64,000 bases of DNA from Nemertoderma westbladi (Eukaryota; Animalia; Xenacoelomorpha), in the NCBI GenBank assembly GCA_032718475.1, contig JAUCBJ010008798.1:114041-178040 (forward strand), given 5' to 3'. The position numbers were made by a program, and so were the translations under genes. Within the stretch, counting starts at the first letter, position 1, and each line of letters begins with the position of its first letter. The notes under the pieces were generated by a model. The model saw only the letters and a program-made list of their open reading frames with translations. It was not told the origin of the DNA and did no database searches. Below, in pieces: positions 39,879 to 51,423 of this stretch.

Positions 39879-42320
39879 TTATTTTATATTGTCATTTTTA
39901 ACTGTTGAATGTCCATCTCCGCCATCTTTGCCATGATTCCCAACAAAAGGGCCACTCAAATTAATTCGTTCTCCATCAATATGTTCACTGTATTGTTCCC
40001 TACTCTGTTCAACGTCTCTTACCATGCTATGTTGCCCATCTCTTATCATGCTATGTTCCCCATCTCTTTCCTTGATATCTTCCTCACTATATTCAACATC
40101 TCTTACCATGCTATGTTCATCATCTTTTTCCCTATTATGCTCCCCAACTTTTTCCCTACTATGTTCCCCACCTTTTTCCCTACTATGTTCCCCAACTTTT
40201 TCCCTACTATGTTCCCCAACTTTTTCCCTACTATGTTCTCCAACTTTTTCCCTACTATGTTCCCCAACCTTTTCCCTACGATGTTCCCCAACCTTTTCCC
40301 TACTATCTTCCACAACCTTTTCCCTACTATGTTCCCGAACTTTTTCCCTACTATGTTCCCCAACCTTTTCCCTACTATGCTCCCCAACTTTTTCCCTACG
40401 ATGTTCCCCAACCTTTTCCCTACTATCTTCCACAACCTTTTCCCTACTATGTTCCCCAACTTTTTCCCTACTATGTTCCCCAACTCTTTCGATGCTATGT
40501 TCCCAATCTTTTTCCCTACTATATTCAGCATCTCTTACCATACTCTGTTCCCCATATCTTTCCCTGCCATGTTCCTTATCTCTTTCCCTGCTGTACCTAC
40601 AATATTCCCCACTTCTTTCCCAGTTGTACCTACTATATTCTCTACTTCTTTCCCTGCTGTAGCGGCTAGTTTCTCCGTCTCTCTCCTTGCTGTATCTGCT
40701 ATGTTCCCCATTTATTTTCCTGCTGTATCTGCTAGTTCCCCTATCTATGTCCCTGTCGTATCTACTATGATATCCACTTCTTTCCCTGCTGTACCTACTA
40801 GTTTCCACACCTCTCTCATATCTGTACCGACTGTGGTCTTTATTACTCGCCCTGTTACGTTCCGCAGTACTTATTTCCCTTCTCAACCTGCTATGTTCAC
40901 CATATTTACTCCCTACTCCTCCTATGTCCTTTTCTTCGCGGGAGGGTATGCTCACTCCCACTCCATCGGTTCTATCCACTTTATCCCCGGCCCCCAACTC
41001 CTCTATGCCACTTCGTTTTATTTCTCCCATAATTGCGCCGTCGATATTCCGCCTACGTTTCGCAATATTTATAAGATCAGCCACGTCATCCTCCTCCTTA
41101 ACAACATCGGTTTTCCTATCGCCATCCAAGTCGGAATACTCTGATATACAGAAGTTCCTACGTCCGCCGAACGTTATAACGTAGTTCTGTAAGTCGGGGT
41201 GTTTGCAGGCCTGTTCGACGCAGAGGATGGCGCTGCTGCGGTAGACGAACGTAACGAATCCGTAGTTGGAATCAAAGTGGAGAGAAATCCTTTCGATGTC
41301 GCCGAATCTGCGGAATAGTTTCTCCATATCGGAGCGAGTGAGTGTGCGCGGTATGCGTCCTACATAGACGACGCGTCGGTCGTTCTCTTGTGCAGTTAGC
41401 TTGTTGTCGCGTTGGCTGCGTAGCTCGAGTTTACGCACCCATTCCCTGGCCTCCTTACCACGCCGTCTATACGGGTTACTATCCCTACTTTCATCAGAAT
41501 CCAATCTATTAAATCTTTTATTATCGTTACCAGTCGCGCAATCCTTGTTGTTTCTTTTATCTGATTGGTTAATTAGGCCTAAGGAATCCAGACCATTGGT
41601 GGTGGATAGCAGGGTGTTGCTGGGTTTCCGTTTAACAGAGTAGCCCGTTAGTCTATCGATGACCTCCAACCGAGCCAGTCCTGGGTCAGCTCGACTGCGC
41701 TCCTTTATTAACACTCGTATATTGGTTGGCGGGTCCGCTTTCAAAGCGGGACGTTTGGCTACGTTGTCATCTGTTCGGCGGATTTTCTTCGCGCAAACGG
41801 AGCAGTCCGAACAGGTAGAGGAAGCGCTCGATTCGTCTGAACTCGACAGAGAACTGGAATCGTCAGATATCGAACCGGTTTCATTCGGTGGGTCGATCCT
41901 TAAACCTTCCCGACTAGGGGAATCTCCGTATCCACTGATTTCTTTTGATAAAATCAGCGATTTATTTACGTTCGGCGGGGATGGTATGTCGTCGTCATTC
42001 ATCGATAGATAGGCCGGTAGTTTGCTAAAGAGTCGGGGATTGTTCTCGGGAACGCAATCCGACGTTGAGACCTCCTCGAACATATAATGGGGGACTCTAG
42101 AGTACAGTTGGCCGGATTCAACCCTCGCAGACAGACTGGCGTTGTCCGCGTTGTCGTGGAATGTTTTTGAGGTTTGTTGGATGTCCGGGAATGCGCCGTA
42201 GTCGGACCAGCCCCCACTGCTGTCGCTCGAACTGTCGTCGTAAACATCGGCGTCGTTGCGGCGACGTCGCTTACGGGAAAGCGGGCCAATAAGAGGCGAG
42301 CTCCTACACGTTTGACTCAT
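39879..42320 (-). CDS. PGC-1 family (PPARGC1/PPRC1/Spargel-like) RRM protein with repetitive C-terminal extension; upstream exons possible
   Basis: Ser-rich tract, then RRVVYVGRI...FRRFGDIE...YGFVTF...FGGRRNFC..EYSDLD...DVADLINIAKR, which parallels the PGC-1 C-terminal RRM and tail. 813-aa ORF. Confidence 0.75.
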   Translation of the reverse strand: MSQTCRSSPLIGPLSRKRRRRNDADVYDDSSSDSSGGWSDYGAFPDIQQTSKTFHDNADNASLSARVESGQLYSRVPHYMFEEVSTSDCVPENNPRLFSKLPAYLSMNDDDIPSPPNVNKSLILSKEISGYGDSPSREGLRIDPPNETGSISDDSSSLSSSDESSASSTCSDCSVCAKKIRRTDDNVAKRPALKADPPTNIRVLIKERSRADPGLARLEVIDRLTGYSVKRKPSNTLLSTTNGLDSLGLINQSDKRNNKDCATGNDNKRFNRLDSDESRDSNPYRRRGKEAREWVRKLELRSQRDNKLTAQENDRRVVYVGRIPRTLTRSDMEKLFRRFGDIERISLHFDSNYGFVTFVYRSSAILCVEQACKHPDLQNYVITFGGRRNFCISEYSDLDGDRKTDVVKEEDDVADLINIAKRRRNIDGAIMGEIKRSGIEELGAGDKVDRTDGVGVSIPSREEKDIGGVGSKYGEHSRLRREISTAERNRASNKDHSRYRYERGVETSRYSRERSGYHSRYDRDIDRGTSRYSRKINGEHSRYSKERDGETSRYSRERSREYSRYNWERSGEYCRYSRERDKEHGRERYGEQSMVRDAEYSREKDWEHSIERVGEHSREKVGEHSREKVVEDSREKVGEHRREKVGEHSREKVGEHSREKVREHSREKVVEDSREKVGEHRREKVGEHSREKVGEHSREKVGEHSREKVGEHSREKGGEHSREKVGEHNREKDDEHSMVRDVEYSEEDIKERDGEHSMIRDGQHSMVRDVEQSREQYSEHIDGERINLSGPFVGNHGKDGGDGHSTVKNDNIK
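40020..40830 (-). repeat. Coding tandem repeats (24-bp EHSREKVG units and 33-bp SRYSRER-type units)
   Basis: TTTTCCCTACTATGTTCCCCAAC is repeated on the + strand and stays in frame in the 813-aa ORF. Confidence 0.9.
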
Positions 42321-42554
42321 CTGACTGACGGTCTGCTACCGGTAGGCCTGGCCTAGCACTGCAGCACCTAGTGCAGTGGAACCACTAAACCACAACATAC
42401 AGATTCAATGTTTTTATTTACCAATGAATACTTTCATCAACATCAACAAACTACCAACTAACAATTAATATTTATATACTTAAACTGATCAAACAGAAGA
42501 AGAACATCACAAATAAGAAATATTATTATGACAGGGGGGGGGGGGGGGGGGGGG

Positions 42555-42748
42555 GGGACTGGACGCAATTCTCAATTAATATCCTGCCCCAATGTTAAAT
42601 TCTCATTCGAATTTCCCCTGGAGACGGATGATTTTTTATTGCGTAGAAAGTCCCCATCCCCCCCCCCCCCCCTGTCTAATAACAGATGTTATTTACGTCC
42701 AATTTCCCCTAGAGAGGAATGAATTTTTATTGCGTCCAGTTTTCCCCC
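42555..42748. mobile_element. MITE related to 13303-13529, opposite orientation, lacking the core motif
   Basis: GGGACTGGACGCAA / TTGCGTCCAGTTTTCCCC termini. Shares ATTAATATCC.GCC.CAATGTTAAATTC and AATTTCCCCT.GAGA with the 13.3 kb copy. Confidence 0.7.
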
Positions 42749-43411
42749 TATCTCTAATAAAGATAGGCTAATATCTATTGTATGCGATATTGTTACGATA
42801 TTTATGTGACATAACTCAACTAAGTCGCTTGCGTAAAGAGCCGGCCATAACTCTTGGGAATCACATCAGATACGCCTGCGTTGCACACTTGAGATAAGCT
42901 TGCGCACTTTTCACTGGGTAGATATATTATTCGCATGATAATGTTCTATGTCCACTTGAGGTCCACTGACAAGCACATTATCCATATGTCACTCTCTAGT
43001 CTCTAACACGAGTAACGAAAACAATATTACAATGAATCCTTTACTGTGTTTATGGTACTGCAGGCCTATTTTTGTCCAAATTTAAATGTTTTAATCTTTT
43101 AGAATGTGTGTCATGTCACGTCGCGCAGGTTATTGTTTTTACTCAATTATAATTCGAATGTGGATGACTTCCCCTACTATAATCCTATTATTGCATCGTC
43201 AAAATAATCTGAACACGTGAAGTAACACTTTAAGCCATGGTTACACGTAACTTAGCCGAACAATAAAATCTTATATTTGTTAACCCTCTATCACGTTAGA
43301 CTACATATATGCTACAATTATTTTTTTTTCATAAATTCTTCCCACTTATAAGAATAAGAAACCAAACAATTGACATATACAGTACATGTTGTTGCACATA
43401 TGTACTACAAC

Positions 43412-45197
43412 TACTACTAGGATCGGCATGCTACATTGCAGCTGCATTTTTAAGAATGCTGTGCCGGCTTATCGACAAAATTGCACCGCCACAACTCCCT
43501 ATCACCCATGACATTTGCTAGATCATCCGCATCTTCAAGTCCAGTGTCCTTTAAGATGCGTCTCAAGAAAGTCATGGGCTGTCCACCATGCTTATTCACT
43601 CCATGAGGCTGCCAAAGTACAAGATTATGCACTGGCTGGTCCTCACGGCGAAAGCAATGTCCTGCAAAGAGGAGGCGATTTTGTTCTAGTGTCAAGCTTG
43701 GGGGAACCAATGAGACACCTCCAATGTTATATAGTGTCTGGTTGGAGATGTGTGCATTGTACTTGACACAATGAACCCGGCGTAGCATTCTTGTGAATGT
43801 GCCATGCAGAGATTTGGTGTCCTCAGCAGTTAGAGCCCAGCATGGACTCCCATAGAGGAGTACTGGAACTACTGCTGCTCTAAATAATCGGACCTTATGT
43901 TTCCGATTAATTCTCGGTGACTTCCAAATCTTGGAAAGCCTATTCAAGGCTGCCCATGCCTTTCCCTTACGTATTCGAAGGTCCTCACCTGACTTCCGGA
44001 TCCATGACCCCAGGTAACAGAAGTCGTCCACATCCTCAAGCATACCATCTTTTGAGCTTATGCTCATCCGATCAGAGACTTGCTGAGGACTTTCAAAGTT
44101 AACTGTCAAAATTTTGGTCCTTCTGGAGTTAATAAAAAGACCAACACTAGAAGCAGCATGTTCTAATGAGCTGGGGAGCCGTTGGGCTCCCTCTAGTGAT
44201 TCTGAGAGTACTCCTAAGTCATCAGCAAAGTCTAGATCAGTTAGGTACTTGGCAGGATTTCCTCGACTTCTGGAGCCAGTAGGTGGAGTTATCATCACCC
44301 CATCATCATTATGATGATCTAAGGACATGCGTAGAACATAGTCAACAACAATTATGAACAAGAATGGTGCAAGTGTGTCTCCCTGGAGGACACCCCATAA
44401 CACTTCAAATGGTTCTGTGTCACCGTCAACAGTAGACACAAATGTTGTTGAACCATCGTATACTGATCTGATTGCTGCAATAATTTCATCAGGAATCCCA
44501 TATAATGAAAGTATGCTGAACATACGTGAGCGAGAGACTGAATCAAAGGCCTTGAAGAAGTCAACAAAGATAACAGCCAGATCCTGTCTTTCTTTTTTGA
44601 TAACTCTTCAATTATACTTCTAAGTGCCAAAATGGGCTCCATTTTACTCCATTTATGGCTCCACCTTTACGGAACCCATTCTGATTTCCACGGAGCAGTC
44701 TCTCAATGGGATCCCTGATGCGATTTAATATAATTCTATTGTATAGCTTTGCAGCAATCGAGATCAATGAGATTCCCCGAAAAGAACCATAGAGTGTTAG
44801 GTTGCCCTTCTTGGGAACTGGCACCAACTTATTTGTTTTCATTTCTTGTGGGACTCTTGTTGTTCGGTACATGTCTACTATGATGGGATAGATGAGCTTT
44901 AAACACGCAGGTATTTTAAAGACCTCAGGGGGAACACCATCTACTCCACTGGCACGATTGGTCTTAATGCTCTTTGCAGCAGCCTTCACTTCTGCAAAGG
45001 AGATATCACCAATGGGAATATCTGGGAGTACAGACTCAGACACTTTTACTTCTATAAAGTTATCAGGCAATACCCTGTCAATATTGAGAAGCTTTTCAAA
45101 GTGGGCCTACCAACCATTGAGGCGATCGGCTGGTGATTCAGCCTTAACCTTGGTGGTTGGTTGGCTTTTTCGACCAGCAACGCTTTAGCGACCGCTA
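43412..45197 (-). mobile_element. 5'-truncated, frameshifted RTE-like LINE
   Basis: RT split over ORFs 44612-45070, 44352-44642 and 43450-44523 (FRGISL, NQNGFR, GVLQGDTLAPFLF, LDFADD, VLLYGS). Short (TAG)n tail. 10-bp TSD GTACTACAAC at 43402-43411 and 45198-45207. Confidence 0.9.
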
Positions 45198-45215
45198 GTA
45201 CTACAACGCTGCCGT

Positions 45216-46712
45216 GCAATGTAAAAAGACCGCAAGTTGCATTTTTCCAAAATTCACTTTTTCACTTTTTCTGGGTCTAAAAAATGCGCTCTATCTAATG
45301 GTATAATCGAGAACACCGTGTCTACTCTAGTTATCGAGATATGCAATGTAGAAAGGCCGTAAGTCACAACATATGTATATGTTGCAATGGTAAAAGACAA
45401 TAAGTGCAATACAAAAGAGCGCAACAACTTAAATTTATGCGAAAAACCGTAAGTCACAAGACTTGCTGTGTTTTGTCATTGCATAGATAATAAGAAAACG
45501 TACATACGGTTTTATTGAAATATGTCTTTTAACTTGCGGTTTTTTACTATTAGCAGAAAAGGCGCAAAATTCAAAATTTGAATTTCACCAAGTAGTGACT
45601 TGCGGTGTTTTATCATAATATAGCTCTATGGCTACGGAACAACCTGCCGACTATTGAATAGACCTCTTGAATAGAGTTACGCCCTCGCGTCAAAATATCA
45701 GATAATTGTTGTTTCTCTATTTCACCTAGAGCAGAATTTAATGGGATTTCAAATCTGAAGATGACTTGGCGAGATCTGTTGTATGCATTATCATAAATTA
45801 CCTGAAGAAGCCCTGATGATGGAAAGCTTGTAATAACTGTTATTAATTCCATTAGTCATCTGAGGTCAACCCGCCCTACCATAACTAAGAATCCCTTCGT
45901 AAGTGCTTTAAGCGAGATCAAAATAATGTTATAATGTCATAATGTTAAGTCCATCCAGAGGCTGATCAATACATAGTCAAAGAGACTAGATTCTATCGAA
46001 CATAAAAATGACATTGGATTTGAAATCACGGACCTCGAAAACCACCATAATGAAAATTATAGCTCTGTGGTGTACTTCCTTCATACCACACGCACACATT
46101 ATTGACCAACCAGACCCATACGGGCAGTTTTGTGTGGGAATGTTTAAACTTTCAAGGCAATTTTCACGAAATGAAAGTTTTTCACGCAGAAAACACTACT
46201 CCTCTTTAACCGTTATTTGTAATTTTCGCTTCATATGACAGGTAATTTAATAAACTTCGACAAATTTCGGGTAGTTTTTTTGATTTCATAATAATTCCCC
46301 GTTCCCAAGTTTTTTTATTTAAGCAACCACTTTCGAGTTATTTACAAATTTAAAACCGCAGTAGCTAAAGTCCCCCCCCCCCCCCCCCCACAATTTGTGC
46401 ATTAAATTTATACAATGCAAAAACACCGCAAATGACAGACTTGCGGTGTTTTGTCATTGTGACATTTGTTTTTGCATTGTATCGAATGTATTTACAAATA
46501 GGTTGTACAATGCAAAAACACCGTAAGTATAAAAAATAATCCTGAAGTCAAAATATTAATGGAAAGCGAAAAATAATCACGTAGAAAAATTTCCCACCCC
46601 CAATTGCGTGGGATTATAAAAAATTAGTAATTTACGGAGATTTTAAACCAACAATCTGAAGGCAAACGTGTTTTACTAGAAATGACTTTTTGTGACTTCT
46701 TTTTACATTGCA
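45216..46712. mobile_element. Degenerate TIR element with ACCGCAAGT/ACTTGCGGT subterminal repeats
   Basis: Termini TGCAATGTAAAA / TTTTACATTGCA. The motif recurs in both orientations near both ends. Confidence 0.55.
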
Positions 46713-47249
46713 ATCAATAGAGCTCGTATAATTTCGATTTACGCAATGTATGACATGAAAATTACATTATAGTTATAGCATTACAATTTTTCAATCTTAC
46801 AATGTAACGTTTATTTAGCTAAAATTTGTAATGTTTGTGATAGTAAAGTAATGGTATATTAGATATAGATTTTAAATGACAAAAAAGAACAGTAGCATAG
46901 CTAGTGTTGTTCTATTTTACCGTTGTGGTGCGAAGATATAAAGAGAAGAGTTCATGCCATCATAATATTCGTTATTTATAATTTCGGGTTAAATTGAGTT
47001 CTGTTTTTTCCCATTTATGTCTATTGTAAATATTTATAAAGCTAATAAATAATTTTTGTAATGTCTAGTACTTTATTATGTGTACAGATAGCAACGTGTG
47101 GGCACACCATTATACAAAATGAATTAATAAACTTTCATACTATTTTACTGATAGAAGAGAGAGGATAATGACAGGACAAGATTATTCATTGATGACGATG
47201 AGGTCGATGTTATTTCGTGTGTGTTAATTTATTAATATTAATATTCAAA

Positions 47250-48949
47250 TATAAGTATATGTGTTAATTCTGTTTGTTTATTAAATATGTCTTGTACTAT
47301 CTTGCTAAAGATTTCTTAGATTTATTATTTTTTAAGTCAAACTGTAGTGAATTCGATATTTTTGTGCCGCTATATTTTAGTGAGTTTTGTGTTGATAGTA
47401 ACCGAGTTCGAGGTATAAAGAAATTTAAGGACGCTACTGATCTAGTATTACATTTATGTATTTTTGATGTCTATCGAAATAAAGATGTGATAAAAGGTTG
47501 TTTTTATTGTTATTTATTTCCCACATTAATTTTGTTACTTCAAGTTTGTAAATGTTTTCTAACGTTAGTATGTTTAGTTGTTTATATATTGGATTTGAAT
47601 GTGACTAATAATGGCTAAAAGTGATGGATGGCTCTTACAATTTTGTTTATTTTGACTCGAATTGGTTGTATATTTTTGTTGTGAGTATTGCCCCATAGTA
47701 TTTATTATACCGTATTGTATGTATGGGTGAATAAGTGAAAAATAAAGTAATTTTAGTATATTCTGTGGTAAGATATAACGTAGTTTAAAAAATATACCGC
47801 ATGATTTTGATATTTTTTTGTGTATGTATGCGCAATGGTATTTCCAAGATAGTTTGTTGTCAATCCAGATACCCAGAAATTTTGTTTCGTTTTTAATTTT
47901 GATTATTTTAATGGGTTGAACTAAGTTTTGAGTTACATTTGAATTTGAGAATAGTAAATATTCAGTTTTCTTTAGATTGAGTGATAACTTGTTGTCTAGT
48001 AGCCATTCACTGAGTTTTTGGAGTTCAATATTAACTGTTGATATTAAAGAGTTTGTATTAGAATGTGTGTGCAGTAGGTTAGTGTCGTCAGCAAAAAGCG
48101 TAGTGATTAGGGATGTGCAGTTTGCTAAGTCATTTATATAAAGTAAAAAGAGTGTACTGCTTAGTATACAGTAGCGCCTTGTGGAGTACCACAGAGGGGG
48201 CTTAGAGGGTCGGATTGTATATTATTTAGAACGACTGTGTGTGATCTGTCAGTAAGAAAGCTCTTGAGTAGATCGTGTGGGAGGCCTCTTATTCCGTAAC
48301 TGTTGAGTTTTTTAATAATATCCCGTGGTCTAAAGTGTCAACTGCCTTCTTCAAGTCAATAGAAATGATACAACCAGTATTCTGTGAGTCTAGTGCTTCT
48401 TGTAGGCGTTCTGTTATTGTTAGTATGGCATCTGTCGTAGTTAATTTTTTTCTAAATCCGTATTGAGAGTCGCATAATATAGAGTATTTGTTTAGGTAGC
48501 TCAGTAATTGTGTATTAATTATCCGTTCGTATAATTTACTAAATAGTGGTAGAATAGATATGGGACGGTAATTATTTTTCTCAGTAGGATCTCCAGTTTT
48601 GTAAATGGGTGTAATTTTCGCACGTTTTAATATTTTGGGGAAGAAGCCATGTTGTATTGATAAATTAATTAAATATGTTAAATGGGGGGCTAGATCGTAA
48701 GCGGCTATTTGAATTAATTTAATTGGAAATTTGTCATTGGTGGCACAGTTATTGTCTAAGTCTAATAATATATTATATATTACTTCCGTTTCAGTAGTTT
48801 CAGATAAGTAAAATGAATTTGCTTTGCGGTGCGTTATAAAACGAGTTGGATTTCTATTACTTTTTAGAATATTTTCAGATAATTTTGAACCTACGGTGGC
48901 AAAGTGTTCGTTAAATATATTAGCAATTTCGTTAGAATTAGTTACTTCT
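47250..48949 (-). mobile_element. CR1-group LINE, degraded RT portion
   Basis: AKITPIYK.G...NYRPISIL, QYGFRKK and IDLKKAVDTLDH..LL, with LFADDTNL at ~48080-48100. 3' boundary approximate. Confidence 0.85.
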
Positions 48950-50360
48950 CGAAAACAGAGGTTATTGAAGTCCCAGTGGGGTAACGTAATCGTAGTAAAA
49001 TTATAATAATTAGCTTTCATGAAAAACGCTGGCTCAACCAATGCCCTACTTCAATCAAACCTTTATTTTACCGACGTTACGTAGATGACTCTTTTATTTT
49101 ATTCCGTGATCGGCAACACGCTTATGACTTTATGAAATACCTAAATAAACAGCACAGAAATATAGAGTTTACAGCTGAATTCGAATCTAATGGCTCCCTA
49201 CAATTCTTAGATGTTCTCATTACAAAAAACACAGATAATAAATATATTACATCTGTTTACCGTAAACCAACTTTTACAGGCCTGTATACACCATTTGATA
49301 GCTTTATTCCAGATCAATTCAAAATTGCTCTAATTTCAACACTTGTTTATCGAATCCTTATGATTTGTTCTACTTGGTGCCAATTTCATAAGGAAATTAA
49401 TATCCTCCATGGTCTATTGTCCCTCAATGGTTACCCTAAGCACTTACTGTCCATGGCTACTGATAGGATAACAGTTAAATGTATGACAGGTTCTAAACCG
49501 ACTTTCCCCACTGTTCCTAAACGTCCGGTCTATCTTGTACTACCGTTCATTGGTTCATACTCAATCCTGCTTAAAAAACGACTACAGTTACTTAGCAAAG
49601 CGTTTCCCCAATGTAATTTTAAGATTATTTTTCGCCCTACACGTAGGTTAGGAGTTCACTTTCCATTTAAGGATAGACTTCCCCTGTGTCTCAGACCTCT
49701 TGCTTTATATAAATTTACGTGCAGTAGCTGCAATGCTACATACATCGGTAAAACCGAGCGTCACTACAAAGCAAGGATCAGCGAACACTTGGGAGTTTCC
49801 CCTCGAACAGGAAAAACTTCAGCCTCTCCCAAACACTCCACTGTACGAGAACACGCCCTAGACGAGGATCACACCTTCAATTACAATGACTTCTCAATAA
49901 TAGGTAGAGCTGATACTAATTACGACCTATTAATTAAAGAAAGCCTAGTTATCTCCCGCCACAGACCTACTCTAAATATTCAGGGAACCTCATTCCCTTT
50001 ACTATTGTTCTAAAAACTACACACACTACATAGACCGTATCTACAGTACTATACAGTATGTATTAATTAATATTGGTGTTGTACTCATTATCAATTTAGT
50101 TGTCTGATTTCATGATTTTACCGTGCACTATTTTACTTAATTCAGTATTACGTATGCAAGTAGTTAGGCTCCTATATCTTCTCGTATTGTAATGTTTTCA
50201 CATATTTTGCAGTAATATTAATAATTTAGAATGTAATTTAAACTTTATGTATCTTACTGTAGTATTGGCTGATGATGGTTTAATGTAATAAATCGAAACG
50301 TTCCGCTTAATTAATTATGGCATTCTTTTCATTCGCGCTAATTATTATAATTTTACTACG
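48950..50360 (+). mobile_element. 5'-truncated Penelope-like element (RT C-terminus plus GIY-YIG) nested in the CR1-group LINE
   Basis: YRRYVDDSF lies upstream and in frame with ORF 49132-50013 (FLDV, VYRKPT.TG, LYKFTCSSCNATYIGKT.R...RISEH, IKESL). 13-bp duplication ATTAGTTACTTCT at 48937-48949 and 50361-50373. Confidence 0.92.
50265..50306 (+). ncRNA. Candidate minimal type-I hammerhead ribozyme in the Penelope 3' region
   Basis: CTGATGA-TGGTTTA-loop-TAAATC-GAAA-CGTT-CC: both core boxes, a pairable stem II, palindromic AACGTT at stem III and a short stem I. Confidence 0.6.
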
Positions 50361-50373
50361 ATTAGTTACTTCT

Positions 50374-51010
50374 TGTGGACCTGTTGATGTAGTGATTATT
50401 AATTTTTTGGGTGCATTTAGATTTTTTCGCTTATTTATTGCTTGATTAATGGTTTCCCAGGTTGTTTTCATGTTATATTTATTTATTATTATTTATACTT
50501 TTCAAATTTTGATGCATAATATTGTTTTTCAGCTAATCTAACGATTTTTGTCAATTACGGTATGTTTTATATTGTTGTTGATTTAGTAGTGTATGATTCT
50601 TAGATTGAGTGGCGTAAAGTTTATTCTTTTCTAATGTAGATTTTACAAGTGCCGGTGTCATCCAGGGTTTCCGTGGAATCTCATTCTTTATTAAATTTTT
50701 TTTGGTAGGTGTTTATTTGTAATAAGTTCTAGATCATTGTAGAAATGTTCAAATTTCACCTCTAGTGGGACTGAGTGGTCTTTGTATGTCCAGTTCAGAT
50801 TTTTTTGTAAGTCAGAAAGAAATCTGTGTTGGTTAAATTTAGAGTAGTCATAAATATAAGTTGTCTGTGGGGGTGTAAAGTAGCACGAATAGTTCTGTAT
50901 TGTAATGAATGTTGCTAAGTGATCGGTTGTTCCTAATTGGCCATTGAAAACTCCAGATGAAATTAATTTGTTGGAAATGTTTGTTGATACGTGGTCAATT
51001 ATACTGTAGT
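50374..51010 (-). mobile_element. Upstream continuation of the interrupted CR1-group LINE (degraded)
   Basis: Follows the second copy of the 13-bp duplication with the same strand composition. Minus-strand fragments such as MKTTWETINQ resemble a LINE EN-RT linker. Confidence 0.6.
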
Positions 51011-51230
51011 TCTAGAATGTGGCGCAATTCGTGTTGGTTTATCGATTAATTGTTCAAGGCCGTTGGATTCAAGTGTTTGTATGTAATTATTGGATGGGTT
51101 TGATGGCTTCAACAAATCTATATTATAGTCCCCTGTTAGCACGGCAGAACGGTATGAAGCGAAACAATTACAATACCACCTACTGTAGTCTAGTATACAG
51201 TGCTACTGCTACATTATAATCTATGTTTTA

Positions 51231-51423
51231 GGCTGCGTTCAAACTACCGAGTCAAAGTCAAAAGATAAAATGTAAAACACATCACATGAAATATAATTAT
51301 TTCTAGAATGCCCTTATTTATGTATTATATTATATGTATTATTATTACTATTGCTAGCTATATTTATTTTCTTTTGACTTTGTCTTTTGCCTTTGACTTT
51401 GATTCGGTATAGATATTGCAACC
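51231..51423. mobile_element. Degenerate Harbinger-like MITE
   Basis: TACCGAGTCAAAGTCAAA / TTTGACTTTGATTCGGTA inverted repeat, with GGCTGC / GCAACC ends. Confidence 0.55.

Noticed and set aside
39909-41144. 411-aa and 212-aa Phe/Pro/Leu-rich ORFs on the + strand
   Set aside because: Antisense shadows of the 24-bp coding repeat.
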